From Haliotis cracherodii (Eukaryota), in assembly GCF_022045235.1 (NCBI RefSeq), contig NW_027266277.1:14632001-14696000 (forward strand): a stretch of 64,000 nucleotides of DNA, read 5' to 3'. The notes beneath the pieces are model-generated. The model had not been told where the DNA came from. It did not search any database and was given only the letters and a program-made list of their open reading frames with translations. The position numbers and the translations under genes are program-made. This document shows, piece by piece, positions 25,870 through 39,554 of the stretch; positions within the stretch are counted from its first letter, which is position 1, and every line of letters starts with the position of its first letter.

Positions 25870-26370
25870 AGTGAGTGAGTTGTGTTTATTGAGTGAGTGA
25901 GTTGGGTTAAACGCCGCTTTTAACATTATTCCAGTTATATCGTGGCGTGTCAGCTTAATTTGGGAGGAAAGCCCGAAGTGATGCAGGTCTCAGACGTCTA
26001 CCACTTCGGTGAAACCCACGAGCACGGGTATGGTGCTGACAAACCTAGAAACATAATCGGGGCGAACCTGGATTCGAACCTATAATTTGGCGGTTTCTGG
26101 CGTGCCCAAGGGACGCAACTCTGCACAGCGAATCGAGGCGCCTTAGACGACTGGGCCACCCGTGCCCCCGAGTTGTGTTTAACGCGGCATTGAACAATAT
26201 TCCAGTTATATTACAGCGTGTCAGCCTATGTGTGAGGAAGGCCCGAAGTGATGCAGGTCTCAGACTTTTCTCACCACTTTAATGAAACCCACGAAAATAT
26301 ATTCAAGGCTGACCAAGATTCGAACACAGTATTATAGGTTTCTGGCGTGTTCAAGGGACGCAACTCTGCC
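25870..26370 (-). mobile_element. Young family-C SINE (25890-26169) nested in the tail of an older C copy
   Basis: 12-bp TSD GAGTTGTGTTTA at 25877-25888 and 26170-26181. Confidence 0.9.
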
Positions 26371-26734
26371 TGACCTGGATACCTGCACTCGGAGTTACAG
26401 AATTAGGTAGCCATGTGGTGAAAGCGTTGACTGACATCGTGTGAGGCCTATTTCCTGTGTTCACCTGTCGTCATATGGTTGGACTATTGCTAAAAACCTT
26501 GCTTAACTGTACACCACTCAATACAGGTTATGAATGTGTCGCTCGTCACACAACATATGAGGGCGGTGGGGAAGCGTAGTGGTTAAAGTGTTCGCAGGGG
26601 TTGAGTCCCATTCCTTGCAAATGCACATCAATCATAATCATAATTCATACACGTCCATCTTCCCGAGACAAGGCGTTAACTGACTTTATGAGTCCAGTTT
26701 CCACGGGAAGATGTACAAATCAAAACAGTTGCCC

Positions 26735-26840
26735 TATTCATAAGAAATCTCTGCTAAAACAGAATCGATTGTGCAAGTCCGACTATATCACGAGCATGTA
26801 TTTATGAACCACAGTCAAACAGGTATGATATCAGGTGTTT
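26735..26840. mobile_element. Family D fragment
   Basis: gaaatctctgctaaaacagaatcgattgtgcaagtccgactatatc. Confidence 0.75.
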
Positions 26841-28174
26841 GTTATGCCGGCTCGGTGTCTCGACATGTCTACCATAACACTTTCTGAAAGCTTTACTGAG
26901 GCCTTGAAAGTTGCACCTTGATCAAACAACTTTCGACCAGAGTAGCACGACTCTCTTTGAAATAATATTCGTACAAAGATCATGCTCGATTGTACCTCAA
27001 AATTTGTGAAATTTAGACGCCAAACTTTAAGGCTGGAACGCTGCTCGACATAAAGGGAAATTTGACTGTTGGAAAGTTAAAGATATCCCTCTTGTTATAC
27101 AGTCTTGTGGATAGTTTTTGTCACTCTGAATCTACATATAAAAGAGACGAGCGGTTTCCGTCTCTTATTCTACTGAAAAGTGAGACTAAATCATCTACTT
27201 AAAAAAAATAAATTATCCCTACTTATTGTACGGGAGCCGGTGAATACACAAAAGCGAGGNNNNNNNNNNNNNNNNNNNNNNNNNNNNNNNNNNNNNNNNN
27301 NNNNNNNNNNNNNNNNNNNNNNNNNNNNNNNNNNNNNNNNNNNNNNNNNNNNNNNNNNNNNNNNNNNNNNNNNNNNNNNNNNNNNNNNNNNNNNNNNNNN
27401 NNNNNNNNNNNNNNNNNNNNNNNNNNNNNNNNNNNNNNNTTTTTGAAAAAAGTACCTTTTTATAAAACTAAAGGTCTTGCCTCTAATCTCCTAAGGACTT
27501 CTCCAGCTTAAAAATTTACAAACCACGTTCTGAAGGACAACCTTGAGAGAAAAAGACGTAAAAAATAAAGCAAATGCTTGTGAGTTAAGTGGAACGAATG
27601 ACTGCCATTATGTCAAAAGTGGGCACGCTTTGCAAACTGGGACGACTCTCCACAAACGAACTGAGAACAACTTTGTCCGTCGACCAAAAACACATAGGAG
27701 ACAAAGACATGCAGAACACTTCAGGCGACTAATCGACTTAGGCAGCCTCGGAGAAGGGAACAAATCAAAGACCATGTTGACTAAGTAATTAGGAAGTCCG
27801 TGCAGGTTTTATTTGGGGATTGTGTATAAATAGGTGTCGAGAACCACAACCTTATGTATGTGCTTGGAGAAATATCGGGACAGCAATCATTAAACAGCCT
27901 TATTGTCAACGTGCCATCTCTATGAACTTACGCATGTTTATGTTATCATATGTAGAAATTTGATCTTTGTTTAGTACTGTGTATTATAGGGCTGATTCGT
28001 ATTACCTTCTCATCCTGGCTGTGTTTATATATGGTTTTAATATAGAAGAAGGTCAATAAACTGGAAGGTAAATTAGACATATGTGGCCACTGTACGTGAA
28101 GGTCAATATAAGTCAAACGCCGTTATGTCGAACTTTGATGTGTCGAAGTATTCACGTAGGTCCCTTCAACTTCA

Positions 28175-28400
28175 GACCGCCTCCGTGGTCTAGTGGTAGA
28201 GCGTTCGCCCGGAGAGCGGAAGGTCCGGGGTTCGATCATACCAAAAGACGTTAAAAGATGGTATTTGTTGTAAACCCTGTCTGGCGCTCGGCATTAAGGG
28301 GCTAAAACAAGGACTGGTCGGCTCGGAGTCAGTATACTGTGTCTGAGTGGGGTATTCATGGTAAACTGCGGCATGGTATCTCAGTGGGCTAGCACTATAA
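28175..28400 (+). mobile_element. Family-A SINE (runs into an N gap)
   Basis: Near-consensus head with A-box TGGTCTAGTGG and B-box-like GGTTCGATC. Confidence 0.9.
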
Positions 28401-28834
28401 NNNNNNNNNNNNNNNNNNNNNNNNNNNNNNNNNNNNNNNNNNNNNNNNNNNNNNNNNNNNNNNNNNNNNNNNNNNNNNNNNNNNNNNNNNNNNNNNNNNN
28501 NNNNNNNNNNNNNNNNNNNNNNNNNNNNNNNGGGAACTTATCTCAGTTCTGGTTAAAAGAAAATCAAACAACGTTATATATGTATGTTCAAAAATCTTAA
28601 TATGATCAAAATCTGAATTGTTAGAAGAGACACAGTATGACAACTATAATGCGAGGTTAATCAACTGTATCAAACGAGTTTTGGGTTAAGTGGTGGAATT
28701 TTATTTATATTGCCTTGTGTCGTTGCCGACAATTACATATCCTGTGAGTGCGTTTGTGCTTATGTGTGCGTGTACGTTTTAAAGCAATTACAGAATATAT
28801 ATTATCTAAATTGTTTGTTGTTCTACGCGATAGA

Positions 28835-29024
28835 TAGATATGCTGCAACTGTATCCCAATGACCAGTATATGACAGAGTCTGGGCCAGACGTTCATTGGT
28901 TGAAATTATGACGAATGTAGTAGAGTTCCGATGAGGCACAAGTAACCATGTCACGAGGACGACCATCCGATCTATCCGTTCGCCTCTTACCACAAGCATG
29001 GGTAGGTGCCGGATTCCCCACGGG
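28835..29024 (-). mobile_element. Diverged family-E fragment
   Basis: tcgcctcttaccacaagcatggg..ccccacggg is the reverse complement of an E-type head. Confidence 0.55.
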
Positions 29025-29078
29025 GTATATGTGAGATGACATAGCAGGGCGATACCTTCAAGTGTCTCTAATCCAAAG

Positions 29079-29421
29079 GTGGCCCAGTCGTCTAAGGCGC
29101 CGCGTTTCGCTGTGCAGAGTTGCGTCCCTTGTGTGCGCCAGAAACCTATGATTGTAGGTTCGAATCCCGGTTCGCCCCGATTATGTTTCTAGGTTTGTCA
29201 GCACCATACCCGTGCTCGTGGGTTTCACCGAAGTGGTAAACGTCTGAGACATGCATCACTTCGGGCTTTCCTCCCACATTAAGCCGAGATATAACTGGAA
29301 TACTGTTAAAAGCGGCGTTAAACCCAACTCACTCACTGACTGTTCAAGGATGTTAAGCTAACACGCCGCGATATAACTGGAATACTGTTAAAAGCGGCGT
29401 TAAACACAACTCACTCACTCA
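29079..29421 (+). mobile_element. Family-C SINE with duplicated 3' tail
   Basis: TSD AATCCAAAG at 29070-29078 and 29422-29430 encloses two tails. Confidence 0.9.
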
Positions 29422-31199
29422 AATCCAAAGCAAAAGAAAGCCTTCTTGTCTTGTACTTTCTCTCTTGTCAACACAACCCCTGTTTATGGCACAAACCAGC
29501 ACAGGCATACATTCTAAGCCTTCAAAACCCCATACATTCAGCCTGGTTTCTGTACACTTCAGCAACTAATTATATTTTAATTTTTTTAGTACTAAGAAAA
29601 ATGTAATTAGCATGACATGTTTGTACAGAAAATGAGACTTCAATAAACAACTTCTCTCTGTGCATCTTTTCTTCTGTGCCTTGAAACTTGCAAGAGAAGT
29701 GATATAATAGTTCTCATTAACCAGGATAGTAAAAAGAAAATCATGTTATTTTAGAAATGAAGTTTAAACCAAGCACCAAGTGTATATATGTGTGTCAACC
29801 AAAACGCCTTTCTTTCGAACATCGTTTATACATGCAATGTCAAGGTCGTACAACATCAACACTTTATACACGTTATATGAAAGTACACCGTTTTGGTCAT
29901 GTTGGACCTATTTCAAGCACTGACTTTTGTGACACCTGACCCTACACGAGGCTTGTATAATGAAATTACCGGTCAGCGCGTGAGGCTTAGCTGTCAATTG
30001 TTTGAACAATACTTGGCAAATAGGCTCATCATAACCTTTGGCGGTTGCCAGAGGACCCCTTCCTCATGGCCATCTTGAAATACTGTTTTCCTACGGCAGT
30101 GTATGATGTACTTGTCTATTATAGTGTTCTCTTGTAACCTTGGCTTCTCGTCAACCAGAGGAACTAACGACAACATCTTATAGCGCTAATGCTCAAAGGT
30201 ATATTTGTTCTTTGCATTTTGCATCGTGGTCAAATAGGATCAATGCTGGTTTATTGTGGTCCCTGGAAATCAAGGTTATTGAAATACAGTTGGAAATGTG
30301 GGTTTAACATTTATACCCTATGTTAAAACACATACCGAAAACATGGAACACATGCAGTAATGCCTCTGTGTCCAGGTGATAATAAGCAATAACTGACAAA
30401 TGTTTAATAATTCAAAGAAAAGGGGATGGCTCGTTTGAATACATAAAACTTTTTATGGAAAACAACGTCTTTTTATTTTTACATATTCACACTTTAATGT
30501 CACATCTGAAATATATATTGATACAATCCCAGGTGAGAAATTTGTGTTTGCTGAATCAACAGTTTTTAGCCAAATAAATAAATAAACGATGGTATTTCGT
30601 TGTGACTTGAAATTAATAACAAATGTCAATGTCAATATCTCTTTTAAATCATAAAGCTATTACATGTTAACCTTACAAAACGTCTTATGGTAGACATGGA
30701 CCATGTGAAGAACATTTCCAAATGGACCCGTCAGAGAGTATAATGATTCATCTTTTGACTTGTACCATATGGTCTGGTAAACGATTTGTGTTTATTGGTG
30801 ACATAGTGGGACAGGAAATGTTCACTATAATATAGTCGGAATCGTACAATGGAATGCTCTTAGCAGAGGTTTTCTATTACTATAGGAACGGTTTTGTTGC
30901 TTGTATGTATATTCAGTAATAAGCAAAGAAAAGCAGGGACGGCGAAAAGACCGATCTAGTCTCGCCACAAGTCCTTGTATCAAACTGGCCATCTGTATCA
31001 AACTCCCACATCACTTATCACCAAAAAAATCCAAATCGGTTCACAAAAGCGATGACATGTAAAATTACTTTACTGTCGTGATGTATTTCAGGGAAACACT
31101 GTATTGTTTAGCAAGTGTTCAATTACTTGTGTTATGATTCTGATGTATAAGAGCTGGATATTGGGTTCATCCTCTTTTATCACTTTTTTTTATTTTTCA

Positions 31200-31385
31200 T
31201 CCCGGTTCGCCCCGATTATGTTTCTAGGTTTGTCAGCACCATACCCGTGCTCGTGGGTTTCACCGAAGTGGTAAACATCTGAGACCTGCATCACTTCGCG
31301 CTTTCCTCCCACATCAAGCTGACACGCCGCGATATAACTGGAATACTGTTAAAAGCTGCGTTAAACCCAACTCACTCACTCACTC
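31200..31385 (+). mobile_element. 5'-truncated family-C SINE
   Basis: Starts at cccggttcgccccg and has a T-rich flanking duplication. Confidence 0.88.
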
Positions 31386-31435
31386 TTTTTTATTTTACCG
31401 TTGAGCACCAAGCGAGTTTACTAAAGGGTGATGGT

Positions 31436-31797
31436 GAGTGATTGTTTTCTAACGCCACACTAGGCAATAGTCCAGCTTTATCAAGGTTGTTTGTTAATAA
31501 TCCAATCTGGGCATGACAAACCAGTGATTGATATTATGAGCAGCGTCCCATGCTGTCGGGGTACAATGACATGCAATCACCCAAGTCAAGGACCACCTTG
31601 AGGACTTATTATAACCTGGGTCCCATAGTGGATATGTGTTGTGCGGCGATGGACTAGCCTAGTGGTTAAAGCGTTTGCTCGTTCGATTCCCCACATGGGC
31701 ACAATGTGTGAAGCCCATTTCTGGTGTCCCTCGCCGTGATATTGCTGGAATATTGCTAAAAACGGCGTTAAGCCATACTCTTTGTCACTCTCTCACT
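31436..31797. mobile_element. Diverged E fragment (-) followed by a family-B SINE (+, 31645-31797)
   Basis: Motif matches to the E body and to the B head and tail. Confidence 0.75.
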
Positions 31798-34321
31798 TGT
31801 GGTGTACCTACCCCCCCCCCCCCCCCCCCCCCCCCAATACATATTATGGTTATTACAATTTTCATTATTGCCATAACCCCTCACTCTCAATTGTACAATA
31901 ACAATAAGATATACAAATAAAAACGTGTAGCGTTCTTATGTAGTGTGAATATTCACATAGATTATATGAGTATTCATGTAAATTTCTAAAATAAAATAAA
32001 CCCTCTCTATTTTGAGGAATTGACAAGCAAAACACCTGTTCCGGCAATTCAACTAAACATTTTCTTTATAAGAGATGCAAAACTTCCCACGACAATTCAT
32101 CATACCTTAATTTCAACTAATATTTTACCTCAAAGAAAGTTTTTGTTTCGAGAACAAGTGCCAACGCTTTTGAAGACCGTTTGACGACAATGCATATAAA
32201 TGTGTTAAGCATGGATTGAAAAGACACAAAACGTTTATCCCCGGAAATAAACAGGTTAAATGCATATTTCTCCAGTTTCTCTCGCGCATCAAATCCATTT
32301 CTAAACATGCATCCAACATCTCTGTGAAGCAATGAATTTATGCCACGTATGTAAAATTTCACATCCACCAACACTATCCAGCTCTTTCGATTCAAGAGCG
32401 GTACTTTCCCTTTCACGGAAGAAAGACTGAGGTGTGATATTGTCTTTCAGCTGAGTCTGAACAAAAATTGTCTTTAGGTAATACTCTTGATAAACACGAC
32501 AGTCAGAATTTCTCTCCAGCAGATCCTCAGTTAAATTTATCGCGGTATTGTGTTCCGTTACGCCTCAACCACGGTACTTTACAAGACCAGGAGTCGATAC
32601 AAACACATTGTTCACACCTCCTCTTCGCTTCCTTAAATGTTCCTGCATTAGAAGATAGAGCTTGCACCAGGTTTGAGAGTAGCCGACGCCCAAAGAAATC
32701 ATTCATCCCATCCCCTTAGCCGGGAATTCCACACAACCAGTATTTCCCCTGCACAGATAGGCCAACTGCAAGGGGGTGATCTGTCGCCCCGCTTGTTTAA
32801 TTAACAGTTTGGGCGGAGCGATCATACGCATTCTGTATCCCCTGAACATACTTTTTTCTTGAAGGGTATGAGTAATTAAGGAAGTTCTTTCTGTTTAGCC
32901 GTAAAGATGAAAAGAATTACTTACAACGTTAACATTGGACAAAATCATGCGAAAGTTCGCTGCACTTTCGTGGAAAAGTTTATGTCTGATGTTTTCTTTT
33001 CTGTTTTGTGTTTTGATATGCCTGCATGAGAGAAAGCTCTACGCATAAAAAAACATGTCTTTGATGATTGCGGTTTGCGGTACTCGGAAGCAAAAAAGCA
33101 CAGCGTACAATAAAAGGTTTTATGTTGCAACGAGATGCACTGGACAGGATATTGGAAAAAAAGCTAAAATGAACATTTAATCGTAAGAGGCAATTTAATT
33201 GATCAGGTGGTCAGAATCGGTTAATAACTTTATTTTCATCGATACTCTTACACCCTTGAGAACATGGTATGCAGCCTGTCACTTAGCAGTGTTGTAATTA
33301 TGTACCGTCAATGTAACAAAACATTCACTGTTCTGGTATTATTGTGCCCATGAGTTAATTCTCAAAACAAACAATCCAAATATAGCGATAAATATATCAT
33401 CTCAAATACATCCGCTTAAATGTAAATAATAGGGAAGAACTAAGGACTGCAAATCCGCGGCTGTTGTTTCTTCGTTGTGTGATGGAGTTTTTCACGTCGC
33501 GGACGCCATCACTAAGTTGCCTGTGATATTTCTGAAGAGGATGATGCCCGCACCCAGCGTTCCTAATCTTGCCGCGATTGATACAGATTTGTTACATCGT
33601 CATTCGCCAGACATCGCTCTTTTTTGACGGTTTAAACACATTTAAAGACTGCCGTCCCCAGGTTCTCTCATAAGAGATAATCCTATAATCATTTAATACC
33701 TCGAGTGTACTCAAATATTTCACTACATGGTTTATTTCTGACATTACATCTATGATGACAGACAATCTTATCACCCATTGTGTAACGTAAATAAAAGCGA
33801 CAAAATCCTTTCCATTTTCAAAAGAAATATCTGCTAAAACCAGAGTCGATTGTAAAATTCCATCTATATCATGACCATGTGTCTATGTTCGGTCAAACAA
33901 TCATCTCATTTTGGCAGTGATGATTTAAAATTAGATCCATTTTCTGTGAAAACATCTGTGAAATTGAATATACTCGAACTTGAATTGAGATATTATATGT
34001 TGCTTTCTTTAAAACCAACAAACAAATTTCACAAGAACCTCAATGTATCTGTTAATATACTACTGCACAATTGATAGCAATAACCCGATATTTTATTCTA
34101 TTTAAATATACACTTGACATACTATGAAAATCAGTTTTGTGTATCCATGAAAGATATAAATATACCTATCAATTGTGAAGTAGTATTTATAATTGTCAGG
34201 TGCATGATTGCTGCACGCTATCATTTTCTATGATATTAAATAAGTCTTCTTTCCCCGTACTCAGTGGATAATGAGACATGGTTACTCCGTTCGGGAGCCT
34301 TTCACACATACAAAGAAAACC

Positions 34322-34670
34322 CCGCAAAACCCTTTCCTTTACCAGAAGAAATCTCTGCATAAAACAGAGTCGACTGTATCGACTATATCATGAGCATGTG
34401 TTTATGATTCACTATCAAATGATACGAGTAATGATACCAGGTGTTCGCGAAAAGGTGTCCTGACCCACCGGTGGCACCTGCCACAAACACATGCAANNNN
34501 NNNNNNNNNNNNNNNNNNNNNNNNNNNNNNNNNNNNNNNNNNNNNNNNNNNNNNNNNNNNNNNNNNNNNNNNNNNNNNNNNNNNNNNNNNNNNNNNNNNN
34601 NNNNNNNNNNNNNNNNNNNNNNNNNNNNNNNNNNNNNNNCAAGTCAAAATAGGGAATTGCATCTGACCTT
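34322..34670. mobile_element. Family D copy spanning an N gap (further fragments at 30780-30900, 33795-33900, 45240-45320)
   Basis: Uninterrupted tttatgattcactatcaaat site followed by ccaggtgttcgcgaaaaggtg. Confidence 0.8.
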
Positions 34671-35006
34671 ATTGCGTCAAATTTGGGAAAATTAATCCGT
34701 AACCATCGTTCGTTAATCCAGACATTTAATAATCCGGTTTCATTGAAAATGGAAAACCGTACTTCACAAGTGAAACTTTACTATTCATTGAAGCCCCGTT
34801 TATCCTGACATTGTGTCCATATGAACGAGTTTTGTATATGTATGTTTGTCCCATTAATTATGTATATGTGTTTCCAACGGCAAATATTCGGGGAAGCCAA
34901 CGTTCGACTCCCTTTGAAACTACTGCTCTTAATGTATATGTTTATTTGTTGTCTTACAGACTGGCAAAATATTCAAATACACATGTGTTTAAGTACATAT
35001 ACCCAG

Positions 35007-35038
35007 CTCTCTCTCTCTCTCTCTCTCTCTTTCCCCCC

Positions 35039-35069
<31 letters not shown>

Positions 35070-35070
35070 A
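35007..35070. repeat. Compound microsatellite (CT)n-poly(C)-(CA)n
   Basis: Directly visible. Confidence 0.95.
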
Positions 35071-35280
35071 CAAACACGCACACACCACCCTCCCATGAGC
35101 CCACCCCGCCCCCCGACAAACACGGGCGCGCGCATTTGTGTATTAATCAATCAATCAATTGTGTATTGACTGTCTTTAGAAGTTATATCAATGTTTAGCG
35201 TTAATGCTACGCTGTTTTTTCTGTTGTTTCGAATCACCATCATCATCGCCATCATCAACTACTTAATCACATGAAGCCTC

Positions 35281-35415
35281 GTCATCGCATCCCAATTGCA
35301 TGGATCGATGCTCATGATATCAATGACTGGGTTATCTGGTCCAGACTCGATTATTTACAATCCGCTGTCATATTGCTTGAATAGTGCGGTGTAAACAACA
35401 AACAAACAAAACAAA
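35281..35415 (+). mobile_element. 3' half of a family-E element
   Basis: cccaattgc.tggatcgatgctcatga..ggtccagactcgattatttac..(AAAC)n. Confidence 0.75.
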
Positions 35416-36510
35416 CTTAATCACATCCGTATTCTGTTCAATAACAAGTTCACAATATTGTGCTTCACAAGAACTTTATACATTTTGCATTATAGGCTTT
35501 AAAAAACAAACAAAACGGAAATACCATAGTGACCCATTTTGGATCGATAGGCAGTTTGGATTATCATGTAGTTGTTCATAAGTTAAATAGGTGGAAGTAT
35601 AATATTGATATAATAGTGTACTATTGATATTTGTAAACGTTCTTTAATGGGATAAACAAGAGTTCTGTCTTTAGAAAATATAGTGAAGAGACCAGGTAGT
35701 AGTGATGAAAAGTCCATTGATATAAATATGTTTTCTTGTCAAAAAACAAACTGATCGGACAAAAGTTATTAACCTTTATTAGTCACCTCCAACAATCCAT
35801 TTATCAATAGTAACTTTAGCAACGTTTTTCTATTTATCTTTAAATTTTATTCATCTTCAGCACAGAAACTTGAACTTTAACCAAACTATTTAATCCAGCC
35901 ATTCTTGGTGTTGAACAAGTTACACTGCAACGCTGGCAACACTTGCTACAGAAAGCTATATGTTCTCGCATCTGTATGGAACTATTTTTGTATGTCTTTG
36001 GTTATACTTGATTTATTGCATATCATGTACTGTTTTTATATCGTGTGTATATTTCGTACCAGAGCAAATAATTATGATTATTAATCAATAAGGGATTAGT
36101 GGAGTCCGGATTAACGAGGTTTCACTGTACTTCCTAAAGCCAACGCACGACTCCCTTTGAAACAGCTGCCCTAAATGTATGTGTCTATTTGGTGTCTTAC
36201 AGACAGACTGGCAAACTGCACACATGTGCACTGGCAAACACTGCAATTGTACTTTGTGTTTCTACATATACCCTGATCTGTTTAAGATATATAATTAATG
36301 ACATATTAGAGGATTGTATACAGGTAATGGTGCTGTCAAACTCTGTCTGTAATGTCAGTGTGGTCCTATACCATGTGTAGTGTGACACTGGATGGCTGAC
36401 GTTGATCGAACTAATCTAGTATTGCAAGTGGACAGGGGCAGATGAAGCAAGCAAAAGTTGGCATCATATACGTTCTGTAATATCGACAGTTTTGATAAAA
36501 GTAATGAAAC

Positions 36511-37078
36511 GACAAATTAATCACATTCAGTTTTGTAAACATTTATATATTTACAATTATGTCTTGATCAAAATACAGTTGTCTGAAGAGACAGTCGTTA
36601 CTATAGTGAGTGCTACGTCCCTACCAGTCTATTAACTTTCCTAACAATTTGGAGAACACAGGCAATGCCTTACATATATGCCTTGACATCACACTGTATA
36701 AAGTCAGAAAGACTGCTGGCGAAGGTAATGGTTCGTGTCATACCATACTATATGCAGTTGTGTTATCATGTTATAACACTAGTGGTGTATTTATGACAAA
36801 TTAATCACATTCAGTTTTGTAAACATTTATATATTTACAATTATGTCTTGATCAAAATACACTTGTCTGAAGAGACAGTCGTTACTATAGAGAGTGCTAC
36901 GTCCCTTCCAGACTATTAACTTTCCTAACTATTTGCAGAACACAGGCAATGACTTACATATATGCCTTGACATCACACTGTATAAAGTCAGAAAGACTGC
37001 TGGCGAAGGTAATGGTTCGTGTCATACCATACTATACGTAGTTGTATTACCATGTTATAACACTAGTGCTGTATTTAT
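36511..37078. repeat. Tandem duplication, 284-bp period, two near-identical copies
   Basis: gacaaattaatcacattcag at 36511 and 36795. Confidence 0.95.
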
Positions 37079-38009
37079 TACAACGATTCTAATGCCTGCA
37101 ACCAAGGTTGACCATATGAACGCCTTTTTCTCATCCACCTTTACCTATTTATTTCATTACAAATAAATGTGTTATATAATATTATGCATTATGCTAGAAA
37201 CATATTTCTGAAAAGAAAACCTCTATATGTGAATACTCACACATTTCTATTTGACTGTTAGTCCTTTAACGCAAACAGGATAACACTGTTTCATGCACTG
37301 GACCATTCTGTCAATGATTCAGTGATGTATTTGAATTATTGCTTGTGATTCAGTGATGTAGTTGAATTATTGCTTGTGTGGAGATGGGGACAAAACGCTG
37401 TGATCCGCGTTTTGATGTAACAGATGCTTGGGTCTAAACAGTACTTGACACAACACGACACTCTGATGCGTGGGGACCTTCTCATGAAGATATTACCACA
37501 AACGTGAACAGCTGCACATAGCATTGTGTCATTATTTTGACCTTGTGCCACAACACGATTGCTTCATCCTTACAATTATGCCATTGAGTATAACAACTAT
37601 TAACCTTATAAATTAACTTTGTAAAATATTTCTTCATCATTATTATCTTGATTTTCAGTCAATATTTCTAACGGTTTCTAACGGTTTCTGGTGTTGGGAA
37701 TGCGTAAAATCAAGCCTTGTTTGGGGAGGCAATTACCGAGAGATCATAACACTAGCATCGTGGTACTGCTAGTTACATTAACGATATAACATACGCTCTA
37801 CCTGCAAAGTTGCTTGACTACTATGAACAACTTTAGGGAGAGGAAGCTCACTCTAGTATTGAGGTAGTATATTTAAGGTAAATGTACAAAATTGTATCTC
37901 ATTATAGTATCAGAGTTTATACATACAACAAATATTCAAAAGTTCAATTAGGAATGGAATCTCTGTTGGTGTCGAAGTTTACATTTTAAGTAACTGTAAA
38001 TTGGAATGA

Positions 38010-38270
38010 TACGAAACTTTATCGTAGCATCTTATCGTTTTTACCCTTTACAAAAACATAAGTAGATTTATGGTATGATAACTGACTTATAGAATATGCG
38101 ATACAGAGAGTGGAATAGGTCACGCATAGAGCAGGATGGTTACCGTACCGTACGAAACTTTATCGTTGCTTCTTATCGTTAGTACCCTTTACAAAAACAT
38201 AAGGAGATATATGGTATGATAACTAACGTATAGAGTGGAATAGGTCACGCCTAGAGCAGGGTGGTTACCG
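38010..38270. repeat. Tandem duplication, ~141-bp period
   Basis: tacgaaactttatcgt at 38010 and 38151. Confidence 0.9.
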
Positions 38271-39308
38271 TTTTCAAGAAGCTTTACTGATAATGATATA
38301 GAATCAGATTACAATTTTCAAATAGTCGTTTTAGGTTATGGAAGGTTTTCAAACACAGCACGTTGCAGTACCATTGTGGATCATAAAGTATTAACAAGAA
38401 CTATGACACAGGCGATGTTCTTGAAACATTTTGAATTTTTACATATTTCTTAGGACAACAGATATATCCCTATACTAACATAGCATTAGCTGAAATGTCG
38501 AATCTATTAATGCTACACTGCAAAATCTGGTGTCTTAAATAATGTTAACACATTATTCTCTGTTTGCTGCAGATAGTACTGATACGATACCTGAATATAT
38601 TTTATTTACTGAACAACGTCTTGAAAGTGGTAAAGTCCTTCGTAAGAGTCTCCGCTGAATATCTTCGCTTCTTGGTGGACAAACACGACACTTAAGCTAG
38701 GTTCGTCTTCTTGACGTTGACAGGAAGTCCAGCATCTTGGAATACTTGCAACCGAAGCCAGAAATTCACACCAATGTAAAACTGCACAGACAAAACACGT
38801 AAAATGTTCAAGAATGTTATCTTGTTAATTTGATAATCCGCCCTGGTCAAATTCACGGAGGCACCATATCCCCTGTGATCATTTTCAGGTTGTAGAGCCA
38901 TATTGTGCATTTCATAGCTTGGCGACAATGCCTTGTGCCTTGTTGTCAACGTGCTGATGGTGAAGGCATGGCTGCCTAGCACCTCTGTAACATGCGGGCT
39001 GAATCTCACCATCAGAGCTTCTCGTCTAACTCTCAGTGCAGAAGCCTAGCTTGAGACAACGATTGAAGGGGAAAAAACACGCAATAGAGATACCTTGAGT
39101 TTTAGCGGCGGATTTTCGCGCTGTTTACAAGCGGACCAGAAATTAGGTCCAAGTCGTTTCTGTTGTGGGCAGTTACTTCAAAAGAAATCTAGCCAACCTA
39201 GACGAAGAAGACTGTTTACCCTTCAGTCGAAGCAGGAGTTTGTCGTGTTGACAATAGCCCGATTGTAACATAGCGCTTTCTTTGTCGTCAAACAAACAGA
39301 CACAGGGC

Positions 39309-39345
39309 TATAAAAGACCCCGCTTGCCGATGTAGAAGCATCTTC
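39309..39345 (+). promoter_or_regulatory. Core promoter: TATA box and putative TSS near 39340
   Basis: TATAAAA at 39309-39315 and a CA dinucleotide 31 nt downstream (A39340). A CT-rich leader without any ATG then runs to the start codon at 39488. Confidence 0.7.
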
Positions 39346-39487
39346 TCTCAGTCCTCTCTCCAGAGCAACATCTTGTAGTGGCTCTCTGAGTTGGTTGCCC
39401 AGCTGAAGCCGCATCACTGTATACATCTAGGTGTCTTGGTCTCCTCTCAGCTCCCTCTGTTCTCCATCTTCCCTGGACTCCTCTACT

Positions 39488-39554
39488 ATGGCCGATCTAT
39501 CCGGATTGCCCCCACCAAGGATGAGGCTCCTGGCACTTCTTGTGATATTGGGAG
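39488..39554 (+). CDS. Exon 1 (signal peptide) of secreted chitin-binding mucin-like protein
   Basis: actATGg in good Kozak context encodes MADLSGLPPPRMRLLALLVILG, with an in-frame second ATG at 39521. It ends at G|GTAAGT (39555), phase 1, matching the phase-1 acceptor at 45595. The join gives the signal-like MRLLALLVILGVMRVTVS-FHC. Confidence 0.8.

Noticed and set aside
28401-28531. N runs recurring at the same position in family-A SINEs (also 15800-15934, 56654-56852)
   Set aside because: Assembly or masking artefact at repeat-internal low-complexity sequence; ORFs crossing Ns are meaningless.
36610-37166. Two similar short ORFs suggesting paralogous peptides
   Set aside because: They are the two copies of the 284-bp duplication, with GTG starts and no gene signals.
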